64,000 bases of DNA from Lytechinus pictus. Lineage: Eukaryota. A model generated the notes under the pieces. The model was given only the letters and a program-made list of their open reading frames with translations. It did no database searches and had not been told where the DNA came from. Location: NCBI RefSeq assembly GCF_037042905.1, contig NC_087250.1, forward strand, positions 24,988,001 through 25,052,000. Direction: 5' to 3'. The position numbers and the translations under genes are program-made. This document shows, one piece after another, positions 25,421 through 37,027 of this stretch (the first letter of the stretch is position 1; every line of letters begins with the position of its first letter).

Positions 25421-27435
25421 CATGCTTTCTTAGCAAATGAGGTAAAATGAAAATCGTCAAATCATAAACAATAATCAGTATTAAATTATAGGATATGATG
25501 CCAGCGCGAAGCGTGAGCTGGAAATTTCGAATTAAACGAATGATTTTAAACATGTTTTTAATGTAGAAAAAGATGAATATCTTACTAAACAAAAACGTTA
25601 GCGCAAAAGCGCGAGCTAAAATTGGGAGAGACTATATAAGAGCTAAAAATTGGACATACAGTATGCACATATTTGATAATGGACTGGATGCGTATTTAAC
25701 TAAACAATGTGAGCGCGAACGGCGAGCTATTTTCTTCTAATTTTCTAAGAAGTTGACACTTCAAGCATGTTTTTTTTTAAACATGCAGATAGCAAGTTGT
25801 TTATCTCATTTATTAATGCAAGTGCGAAGATCGAGTCGAAAATTTATTTGGCATCTTTTTGTAATCCCGTGTAGGGTGCCTATCTCGCTAAACCAAAATA
25901 AAATATACACTCGAATCGCGAGCAGAATACTTTGGGTATATTATCTTGAAAACGGGATACTTTCAGCTCCGTGTAAACATTCCGGACACTACACATGACC
26001 TCAGGCAGCGGGGAGAGGGGGGGGGGGGGGGGCAGAGGCAGTTGCGGCCAGAAATTTTCACCCCCCCCCCCTCCCCGATAAATTGTGCATGTCCCCTTTC
26101 GGATAATAGATCTTCCATCTTATTTGAAAATTCTTTTAATATTTGTGACATTAGAAACGATCGATATTCAATAGATGAACCAATTTAAATCGAAGAATTT
26201 AAGTTGTAAAAAACTTTTATTTTGGGTAAATCACGATTTTTTTTAACGTCATATTGCCATATACATGTATGTGTGTGTACTATTCCAAATTAAAATGCAT
26301 ATTTAGTAGACTTATAATTTGAAACTCCAAATATAAATGATCGCATATCAAAGGGAGTTAAAATTTCTTACAAATCCCTTCAAAAGGTCAAAATGCGTGA
26401 CTTTCGACAGTCTTTCAGATTTTACGCTAAAAAAGATACTTTCACGCAAAAGGGCACTTGGCATTCGCCCGTACGTTATTCCTCAGTATTTCCGCAAGAC
26501 TTTTAGCTGGGATGCAAAAAATTGACAAATTGTGCTATCCAATCAAAAACTCGCTTTATTATGTACTTATACTTTGTTATTAAATACTCGCTTAAGTATC
26601 TACTTACATGTAATTATGTACATAATGTACGGTATTTTCAATTTTTCTTTCAAAATGCGCACCTGGTAAAATGCACATTGTCTCCTTTCGGATAACATAA
26701 AATGAGATATCTTCCATCTTACTTGAAAATTCTTTTAATATTTGTGGCATTAGGATATTTACTATACATTCGATGGATAAACGAATTGAAATCGAAGAGT
26801 TTAAGTTGCGTAAAAAACTTCAAACTATTGATAGTTTTCACAAACTTTTATTTTGAGGAAATCGCGGTTTTATGTTTCACTGTGCTATATATGTGTGTGC
26901 AATATTCAAATTTGAAATGCATGTTTATGAGACTTATAATTTGAAACTCCAAATAAAAATAATTTCATATCAAAGATAATCTAAAATATGATGATAATCC
27001 GTCAAAATATCAAAATGCGTGATTTTCGACATTCTTTCAGATTTTACGCTAAAAATGACACTTTCACGCAAAATTGCGCTTGGCATCTGGCCGTACGCTA
27101 TTTCTGGGTATTTTTGCAAAACTATTAGCTGGGATGCCAAGCATTAGCAAGCATTAACAAATTTTGCCGTCCAAAGTATAAAAAAATAGTTTTGGCCGGT
27201 CTACCGCCCTATAAATGTTTTGTATTATTATTATTGTATTGTGTCTACGTGTGAGTAGGAACAGTGGTCATTGGTGGCAACTACCAAACCATTGTTGGAA
27301 GGATATTTTTTTCTTAATTACCCTGATTGTAAGTTACGTTCCAATTAACACGATTAAAAGTTAAGAATTCTAAATAAATGATAATTTGTATTCAGAAGTG
27401 ACAATAAGGTGAACGATTCATGTTATGTTTCTTAC

Positions 27436-27470
27436 CTCTATTAGACTGTACATCATCCGATGAAGGTGAT
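27436..27470 (-). CDS. Linker mini-exon
   Basis: tttcag|..SPSSDDVQSNR..|gtaaga; phase 2-1 bridges the flanking exons exactly. Confidence 0.8.
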
Positions 27471-27650
27471 CTGAAAGTAATCACAAACCAAATTAACTAT
27501 ATTTGAAGTCCTTTTTTTTGTGTAATATACAGTATATGCCATCTTTTCTCTACCAGGTATGAAATGAAAACATTGGTACATCTACTGTGTCTCGGAGGTG
27601 AAGTAGAAATGACTGTTCTTGTTTGCACACTGAACTGCTCATTTGCACTC

Positions 27651-27971
27651 TAATAATAATGATAATAATAATAATATACAGTTCTTGTATAGCGCATATC
27701 ACATTATGAATAATGTCTCTATGACAGCGCTTCCAAAGGACTTGGATATTATTACCACAGCTGTAGCTTGGCGGCCGTAAGTACTCAGATTACAGCGCAC
27801 ACGCATTTCAAGGAATAAATTCCTGCCAGGTAACCATTCACCTCACCTGGGTCGAGTGCAGCACAATGTGGATGAATTACTTGCTGAAGGAAACTACAAC
27901 ATGGCTGGGATTTCAACCCACGACCCTCTGTTTCAAAGTCCGGAGACCAATCCACTGGGCCACAACGCTCC
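27651..27971 (-). mobile_element. tRNA-derived SINE with LINE-like 3' tail and (TAA)n
   Basis: Minus strand: ggagcgttgtggcccagtgg...gggttgaaatccc head, central gctgcactcgacccaggtg core, gcgctatacaagaactg(tat)n tail. Confidence 0.85.
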
Positions 27972-28199
27972 ACTAACCACCCTAAATGATGCAAGGTGCA
28001 CTTCCCCAAAAGAATGTAATTCTTCTCCCACTAATTTTACCATTGATAGTGCATAAATTAGCAGCAACCTCGAGAGTTGGAAACTTTACCCCTTGTCTGT
28101 TTCTTAGTTAGTGCACAGCATGGTGAATATTTTGTTTAGTACTGTCCATCAAGCTTATTCCCAACTTTTTCATTTACCAACAGTAGTTGAAATAATCAC

Positions 28200-28357
28200 C
28201 GTGACAATATCATCTGCCTAACTCGCTCATCTTTGGCATAGTGGATCGGTAGGTTGCCTGTCTCGTCCTGTACGTTTAGCTTGGCGCCATTCTCAATGAG
28301 ATAAAACACCAACGACTCATTTGGAGATAACCTGCCATTGTAGTACTCGTCGGATAT
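28200..28357 (-). CDS. Terminal (capping) ankyrin exon
   Basis: cag|ISDEYYNGRLSPNESLVFYLIENGAKLNVQDETGNLPIHYAKDERVRQMILS|gt; phase 0-2. Confidence 0.9.
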
Positions 28358-28845
28358 CTGAAAAAGAGAACAGCTTTCATTATTTACTTGAAAAGTACAA
28401 CCTGCTTTTACATGGGAATATTTTGTTTTAAGAAATGATTACGCTAGCCAATACGAATACATTTGCAGTGTCCCCTACAATCACTCAATTGGTTAGCTAT
28501 ATATATATATTATAATAATGTTAATATTCTGGGTCGTAAGTCTATAGACGCCCGTCGCTGTAATGAAATGATAAAATGTTTCAAAGCAATTAGTTTGTTC
28601 CATGGAAATGCATTATATTAACGTTAATGAAGGGATACTTTTCAGCAGAATGATCTTCTATCATTAAGCGAATTTAATTCAAAGCTACATGGTGAGTTGT
28701 AACCTTTGATATCTGGATTAAGACAAGTTTAAGCCAGTTTTACAACCTATATTTTGATCATTTATGATGTCTTCTAGAACACTTGTATAAGTCCTATCAA
28801 TATTGCAAACAATGTTATGGAGCCCCGTTCCTTTGAATAAATCAC

Positions 28846-29028
28846 CTCTCTGAGTGTATCAGTGTTTTGAACTATCACGTTGTTCTTGTAGCATAATCTG
28901 ATAGCTTTATGAAGACAGGTCTGGCCGTCAGAAGACTGCAAATTGAGATCACATCCATTGGATATTAACTTTTCGATGATAGCTGTATGGCCATGTATTA
29001 TAGCAAGATGGATGGGTGCTGTATCGTA
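28846..29028 (-). CDS. Ankyrin-repeat exon
   Basis: cag|YDTAPIHLAIIHGHTAIIEKLISNGCDLNLQSSDGQTCLHKAIRLCYKNNVIVQNTDTLRE|gt; 183 nt, phase 0-0. Confidence 0.9.
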
Positions 29029-29428
29029 CTGGATGGAAAGACAGATAATCTCCGTATAACTAAAGCAAAAACATTTTTGCGGGCTAATTTTCCATTGTCA
29101 CTGACCTGCCTACAGCTTTAACATTAATAAGCGTTAACATAGTGATGAATGGGCATTTCCAGTGTTCCATTTTTAGTTTCCATGGCATTTCTGATCATTT
29201 TGAAGGCTAAATACTAAGATAATCGTGTCTAGCCCATGTGTAATTTGTCCCGGCTCCTTTTGAAACTTAGCATCTTTGTCTTAAATGATGGTGGGTAAGT
29301 TATAATCTACAAAATAAAAAACACAATCCTTTATCGAATGTACATTACAGAAATAGTCCGAATATAAATATAGAAATAGAACAATAAAGGAAAATTAAAG
29401 TACAGTTCCTTCCAAGAAAATTAAGTAC

Positions 29429-32400
29429 CTTGGTATTCAACTTGTTTCGTGTTGCCTTATTCACCTCAGCTCCATCGCTGAGCAGATAGTCGGTGATATC
29501 AAGATGACCATGCATAACCGCAATGTGTAATGCAGTTGAACCAGTACCATCTCCTTTATTCACCTCAGCTCCTTTGCTAATCAGGTATTTAGTGATGTCA
29601 AGATGACTATTCTGTACAGCATTGTGTAATAGAGTCAGACCATCTTCTCTCGCTGCGTTCACTTCAGTGCCTTGACTAATGAAGTATGAAATGATATCAA
29701 GATGACCCTTCTCTGCAGCGCTGTGACATACAATATTAACGTCAGCTCCTTTGCTGATCAGATACTCCGTAACATCATAATGATGATGTTTAACTGCACA
29801 GTGCAAGGCGGTTAGTCCATCTATCCCAAACTTGTTCACCTCAGCGCCTTTACTTATAAGATGTTTAGTAACATCAAGATGGCCACCCTCAGCAGCGATG
29901 TGTAAAGCTGTCCATCCACCATCATTTCCCTTATTGACCTGAGCTCCTTCATTTAGTAGATATTTGGTGATATCGAGATGGCAATCCTTAGAAGCAAGGT
30001 GTAGTGCAGTTGAGCCATTATTAGTGTTATTATTCACCTCAGCTCCTTGACTAATCAAATATTTAGTGATGCCGAGATGACCATTCTGTACAGCACTGTG
30101 TAATAGAGTCCGACCATCTTCTCTTGCTGTGTTCACTTCAGCTCCTTGACTAATGAAGTAAGTAATGACATCAAGATGTCCCTTCTCAGCAGCAGTGTGA
30201 CATACAATATTAATGTCAGCTCCTTGACTCATCAGATACTTGAGTACATCAACGTGACGATTGTTAGCAGCAATGTGTAATGCAATCAAACCATCATTAT
30301 CTCTTTTATTTACCTCAGCCCCTTGACTGATCAGATACTTGATGACGTCGACGTGACCATTTCTAGCAGCACTGTGTAATGCAATCAAACCATCATTATC
30401 TCTTTTATTTACCTCAGCCCCTTGACTGATCAGATACTCGCTGACGTCGACGTGACCATTTTTAGCAGCACTGTGTAATGCAGTCCGACCATCTTCTCTT
30501 GCTGAATTTACTTCAGCTCCTTGACTTATGAAGTAAGTAATGACATCAAGATGGCCCTTCTCTGCAGCAGTATGACAAACAGAATTAACGTCAGCTCCTT
30601 TGCTGATCAGATACCCCGCGGTATCTTGATGATGATATTTAGCTGCACAGTGTAAGGCGGTGAGCCCGTCTATTCCGAACCTGTTCACCTCTGCTCCTTT
30701 GCTGATCAGGTATTTAGTAATATCAAGATGACCATTCTGTACAGCAGTGTGTAATACAGTCCGACCATCATTATCACCTTTATTAACCTCAGCTCCATGA
30801 CTGATCAGATATTTGATAACGTCAATAAGACCTTTGTCAACAGCTCTGTGTAATGCTGTAATTCCCTCATTATCCTCCTTATTTACCTCAGCCCCTTCAC
30901 TGATCAGATACTTGGCGACGTCAACATGACTTTTGTAAGCAGCACTGTGTAATGCAGTCTGACCATTATTATCTCCCTTATTAACCTCAGCTCCATGACT
31001 GATCAGATATTTGATGACGTTAATAAGACCTTTGTCAACAGCTCTGTGTAATGCTGTAATTCCCTCATTATCCTCCTTATTTACCTCAGCCCCTTCACTG
31101 ATCAGATACTTGGCGACGTCAACATGACCTTTGTAAGCAGCACTGTGTAATGCAGTCCAACCATCATCTCTTCCCTTATTAACCTCAGCCCCTTGACTGA
31201 TCAGATACTTGATGACGTCAACATGACCATTGTAAGCAGCACTGTGTAATGCAGTCAAACCATCATTATCTCCCTTATTAACCTCAGCTCCTTGACTGAT
31301 CAGATACTTGATGACGTCAACATGACCATTGCAAGCAGCACTGTGTAATGCAGTCCTACCATCATCTCTTCCCTTATTAACCTCAGCCCCTTGACTGATC
31401 AGATACTTGATGACGTCAACATGACCATTGTAAGCAGCACTGTGTAATGCAGTCAAACCATCATTATCTCCCTTATTAACCTCAGCTCCTTGACTGATCA
31501 GATACTTGATGACGTCAACATGACCATTGTAAGCAGCACTGTGTAATGCAGTCCTACCATCATCTCTTCCCGTATTAACCTCAGCTCCTTGACTGATCAG
31601 ATACTTGATGACGTCAACATGACCATTGTAAGCAGCACTGTATAATGCAGTCCAACCATTATTATCTCCCTTATTAACCTCAGCACCATGACTGATCAGA
31701 TACTTGATGACGTCAACATGACCATTGTAAGCAGCAATGTGTAATGCAGTCCAACCATTATTATCTCCCTTATTAACCTCAGCTCCTTGACTGATCAGAT
31801 ACTTGATGACGTCAACATGACCATTGCCAGCAGCACAGTATAATGCAGTCCAACCATTATTATCTCCCTTATTAACCTCAGCTCCTTGACTGATCAGATA
31901 CTTGATGACGTCAACATGACCATTGTCAACAGCACTGTATAATGCAGTCCAACCATTATTATCCTCCTTATTAACCTCAGCTCCTTGACTGATCAGATAC
32001 TTGATGATGTCAACATGACCATTGTAAGCAGCACTGTGTAATGCAGTCCAACCATCATTATCTCTCTTATTAACCTCAGCTCCTTGACTGATCAGATACT
32101 TGATGACGTCAACATGACCATTGTCAGCAGCACTGTATAGTGCAGTCCAACCATTATTATCTCCCTTATTAACCTCAGCACCATGACTGATCAGATACTT
32201 GATGACGTCAACATGACCATTGTCAACAGCACTGTATAATGCAGTCCAACCATTATTATCTCCCTTATTAACCTCAGCTCATTGACTGATCAGATACTTG
32301 ATGACGTCGACGTGACCATTTCTAGCAGCACTGTGTAATGCAATCAAACCATCATTATCTCTTTTATTTACCTCAGCCCCTTGACTGATCAGATACTCGC

Positions 32401-34828
32401 TGACGTCGACGTGACCATTTTTAGCAGCACTGTGTAATGCAGTCCGACCATCTTCTCTTGCTGAATTTACTTCAGCTCCTTGACTTATGAAGTAAGTAAT
32501 GACATCAAGATGGCCCTTCTCTGCAGCAGTATGACAAACAGAATTAACGTCAGCTCCTTTGCTGATCAGATACCCCGCGGTATCTTGATGATGATATTTA
32601 GCTGCACAGTGTAAGGCGGTGAGCCCGTCTATTCCGAACCTGTTCACCTCTGCTCCTTTGCTGATCAGGTATTTAGTAATATCAAGATGACCATTCTGTA
32701 CAGCGGTGTGTAATACAGTCCGACCATCATTATCACCTTTATTAACCTCAGCTCCATGACTGATTAGATATTTGATGACGTCAATAAGACCTTTGTCAAC
32801 AGCTCTGTGTAATGCTGTAATTCCCTCATTATCCTCCTTATTTACCTCAGCCCCTTCACTGATCAGATACTTGGCGACGTCAACATGACCTTTGTAAGCA
32901 GCACTGTGTAATGCAGTCCAACCATCATCTCTTCCCTTATTAACCTCAGCCCCTTGACTGATCAGATACTTGATGACGTCAACATGACCATTGTAAGCAG
33001 CACTGTGTAATGCAGTCAAACCATCATTATCTCCCTTATTAACCTCAGCTCCTTGACTGATCAGATACTTGATGACGTCAATATGACCATTGTTAGCAGC
33101 ACTGTGTAATGCAGTCTGACCATCATTACCTCCCTCATTAACCTCAGCTCCTTGACTGATCAGATACTTGGTGACGTCAACATGACCATTGTTAGCAGCA
33201 CTGTGTAATGCAGTCCAACCATTATTATCTCCCTTATTAACCTCAGCTCCTTGACTGATAAGATACTTGATGACGTCAACATGACCATTGTAAGCAGCAC
33301 TGTGTAATGCAGTCCAACCATCATATCTACCCTTATTAACCTCAGCTCCTTGACTGATCAGATACTTGATGACGTCAACATGACCATTCTTAGCAGCACT
33401 GTGTAATGCAGTCCGACCATCATTATCTTCCTTATTAACCTCAGCTCCTTGACTGATCAGATACTTGATGACGTCAACATGACCATTGTCAGCAGCACTG
33501 TGTAATGCAGTCCAACCATCATCTCTACCCTTATTAACCTCAGCTCCTTGACTGATCAGATACTTGGTGACGTCAACATGACCATTGTAAGCAGCACTAT
33601 GTAATGCAGTCCAACCATCATCTCTACCCTTATTAACCTCAGCTCCTTGACTGATCAGATACTTGATGACGTCAACATGACCATTGTCAGCAGCACTGTG
33701 TAATGCAGTCCAACCATCATCCCTACCCTTATTAACCTCAGCTCCTTGACTGATCAGATATTTGGTGACGTCAACATGACCATTGTCAGCAGCACTGTGT
33801 AATGCAGTCCAACCATCATATCTACCCTTATTAACCTCAGCTCCTTGACTGATCAGATACTTAACGACGTCAACATGACCTTTGTAAGCAGCACTATGTA
33901 ATGCAGTCCAACCATTATTAGCTCCCTTATTAACCTCAGCTCCTTGACTGATCAGATACTTGATGACGTCAACATGACCTTTGTAAGCAGCACTGTGTAA
34001 TGCAGTCCAACCATTATTATCTCCCTTATTAACCTCAGCTCCTTGACTGATCAGATACTTGATGATGTCAACATGACCATTCTTAGCAGCACTGTGTAAT
34101 GTAGTCCAACCATCATTATCTCCCTTATTAACCTCAGCTCCTTGACTGATCAGATACTTGATGACGTCAACATGACCATTGTAAGCAGCACTGCGTAATG
34201 CAGTCCAACCATCATCTCTACCCTTATTAACCTCAGCACCTTGACTGATCAGATACTTGGTGACGTCAATATGACCATTGTTAGCAGCACTGTGTAATGC
34301 AGTCCAACCATTATTATCTCCCTTATTAACATCAGCTCCTTGACTGATCAGATACTTGGTGACGTCAACATGACCTTTGTAAGCAGCACTGTGTAATGCA
34401 GTCCAACCATTATTATCTCCCTTATTAACCTCAGCTCCTTGACTGATCAGATACTTAACGACGTCAACATGACTATTCTCAGCAGCACTGTGCAATGCAG
34501 TCCAACCATCATTTCTCCCCTTATTAACCTCAGCTCCTTGACTGATCAGATACTTGATGACGTCAACATGACCATTCTTAGCAGCAATGTGTAATGCAGT
34601 CCAACCATAATCTCTCCCCTTATTAACCTCAGCTCCTTGACTGATCAGATACGTGATGACGTCAACACGACCATTCTTAGCAGCATTTAACAACACATTA
34701 CTCTCCTCAATATCTGTTCTAGCACTGCTGACATTTCCTGATATATTTTCCTGAGTGTTTCCCAATACATTTTGTGCAGATGTGTTTTCCATTCTGATTT
34801 CTGACTTTCGATACTGCTTCAGCAACAT
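29429..34828 (-). CDS. Giant ankyrin-repeat exon (~54 repeats, mostly 99 bp) with internal TGA at 32279-32281
   Basis: ORFs 32279-34828 and 29345-31456 are in the same frame. Consensus GxxxGWTALHSAAxxGHVDVIKYLISQGAEVNK. Donor AAG|gtactt at 29429, phase 0. Confidence 0.95.
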
Positions 34829-35766
34829 ACTAATCCCTCACCACACCTCTAACTCTCGTCTGGATCCATTTTCCAAATATAATTCACAATTTCTAAAATT
34901 ACCATTACTTTATAAAAATACCAGAAAAACCCTATCACCATGCAGCAACACAGAGATGCCTATATTCCTCCTTTCTGCTTAACTGTTTGAAAATTTGCAG
35001 GCCAACTTGCTCGTTTAGAGCGCGATGTTGTAATTTATTCTCAATTGAGCTTTAGAATCATAAAATAAATTTACATTGCAGATATCACAAATCTCATCTA
35101 TAGTGAGATCTTTATGTAAACAAGGTTTTAATCGCTGTCATAGACAGGGGACTAGGGGTTGAACCCCAGAGAAACCCCTTGTTTTGATTTGAACAGATAA
35201 AGAAAAATCAGACAAACAAAACACTGAACATTTGATTAAAATCGGACAAGGAATAACCACCAAGTTATGACATTTCAAAACAGTTCTAGGTATATCTTCA
35301 TGAATATTCAATGGGCAAATTGATGATGCTTAACCCCACTTGTTCTTTTGTATTTTATTATACGAAATTAGCTTAATTCAATTTTTTTCCTCTGAGAACT
35401 TAAAATTTGGATTGTAAACTGATTTAGTGCATTAGATATTCATTGCTGCAACTTATTTCATGATAAGGGACATATATTATTCACACATGTATGAAACAAT
35501 GAAAAAAAATTAATTTCATGTAATAACATGCAGCCTGCTATGTAAGGCAAGCTTACATGATATCTTGTTTTGAAATTGGCCTATCATATTGAAATATATG
35601 ATAGGTAATTTTGACCAAAATTTTCCATGAGGTAACTACAAAATGGTCTATAATATACACCCCTCCTTCACGAACTTGTCATTTTTCTACTACGCCTCTG
35701 TAGTATTTATCGGTCCATATTGTAGTTTAATGTATTCTTATTCCATTCTTCATACCTGCTTCAAAC

Positions 35767-36310
35767 CCCCGGGGGGTGGGGCACTCAGTATAGAATGCAT
35801 AGTGGGTATGTGCCGCGGAGGGGACACCCATTTTCACACTCAAATTTCCGTTCCAAAGCGTAGCATTTTTGTCTTATTGAGAAAAAGAACAAAGAAAGCC
35901 GCTCCAAAGCATAGCATTTTCTTCTTATCGAGACAAGAGAAAAAAGAAATCCGCTCCAAAGCTTCGCATATTTTCCGTTACGCCGTTCCGTCCGCGTTGA
36001 TCTGCTACAATAAGCCGCATTATTGGTGAAAAGCGGCCGCAGAGCGCTGTCCGACCATCGCCTCTGCGCTAGCGCACCCGGCGCCCGTGCCGCTTGGCTA
36101 ACTGCATGCACGTTCCACAGGAATGCATACGCACTCAAACGCAGGCGACCCGTTCCAAGGACCCCCGTTTTCACAAACATTTGTAGTTCCGAAGCCTGTT
36201 CCGAGGACCCTCCGTTTTACAATAGGCCCGCTCCAAGGCCCCCGTTTTTTGTCTCGCCCGCGGCACGTACCTACTACTTTTTTGGTCGAGTACCCCCCCC
36301 CCCCCCGGGG
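35767..36310. mobile_element. MITE with CCCCGGGG termini
   Basis: Inverted ends ccccgggggg..actc / gagt..ccccgggg; flanking direct repeat ttcaaac. Confidence 0.8.
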
Positions 36311-36618
36311 TTCAAACCCAAGCACAAGCCTCTCTCATATTCAGAGGAAGGGAGTTCCAAAGTTTGGGAGCAGTGAATATAAAAGCGTTCTCCGTAAGTG
36401 CCGTTTAAGTCATTTACAGGTGATACAAAATTTTGTCCCCACCCCAAAAAACATATATTGAGGGCAAAACGGGTCCCTATTTGTTTGTTTTGGTTGAAAT
36501 TTTAGCAAAATCCACCAATGTCCCCCCTAAAATAAAGAAAATAATCAAATTATTTCAAGACAAAATTCCTTGTCTAATATTGTCCATTGCTTAAATGAAA
36601 AGTGACAAATTTTCGCCA

Positions 36619-37027
36619 CTGGGCCCCGTTGCATAAAAGTTACCAATATGGTAACTTTGCCATTTAATGGTAACTTGCCTGGAATCCTTGATTTTGATTG
36701 GTTGGTGAACAGCGTGACCATGGTCGTTACCATTGGATGGCAAAGTTTGTTTGTTTGTCTGTTTGCTTGCATTTATTTCTGCGTTCAAAAACACAATACA
36801 AAAATATTTACAATTACAATATACAAAATAATTCACAATATAAACAATGTAGTCATATTACATGATAAATACAAATAAGAGTGTGAGTATAAATTAATCT
36901 TTTATAAATGTAAACATATATATATAATGTAATAAATGAACGCAGGAGACCACCATCGTGAGCGGTTAGGCTTGAATTGATGGCGGCCTCATAAGTTACC
37001 ATAATAGAAAGTTTTATGCAACGGGAG
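36619..37027. mobile_element. Palindromic MITE interrupted by a retroelement 3' tail (~36745-36992, minus strand)
   Basis: cccgttgcataaaagtt ... aaagttttatgcaacggg ends. The insert has a (ttgt)n tail and is flanked by aagtt. Confidence 0.6.

Larger units (their letters stand above)
21489..27206. mobile_element. 5.7-kb foldback-like element with ~1-kb inverted arms
   Basis: Left arm cagtagaccggccaaa... (21489-~22490) is the reverse complement of the right arm (~26090-27206, ...tttggccggtctaccg). Each arm has an internal direct repeat. Possible 2-bp TSD cc. Confidence 0.8.
6853..34828 (-). pseudogene. Ankyrin-array / ZU5 / UPA / 4x death-domain / ZU5 gene (PIDD/UNC5-like architecture); this copy has an in-frame TGA and one non-canonical acceptor, so it is a pseudogene, null allele or read-through gene
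   Basis: 17 exons with mutually consistent phases total 8595 nt (2865 codons): 29429-34828, 28846-29028, 28200-28357, 27436-27470, 20455-20796, 19895-20142, 19423-19551, 19091-19253, 18675-18720, 13235-13521, 12592-12628, 12056-12315, 9446-9586, 8753-9046, 8293-8541, 7309-7653, 6853-7130. Confidence 0.85.

Noticed and set aside
32279..32281. TGA as a selenocysteine codon
   Set aside because: It replaces a structural Gly, not a Cys; I see no SECIS; and the intronic UCA tRNA lacks tRNA-Sec architecture.
29429..34828. Canonical ankyrin (ANK1/2/3) or a bacterial endosymbiont ankyrin gene
   Set aside because: Repeat number, homogeneity and downstream domains differ from ankyrins, and the ORF is spliced to GT-AG exons, so it is a host gene.
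35643..36461. Cluster of overlapping 110-130-aa ORFs
   Set aside because: They fall in a GC-rich MITE and show no protein motifs.
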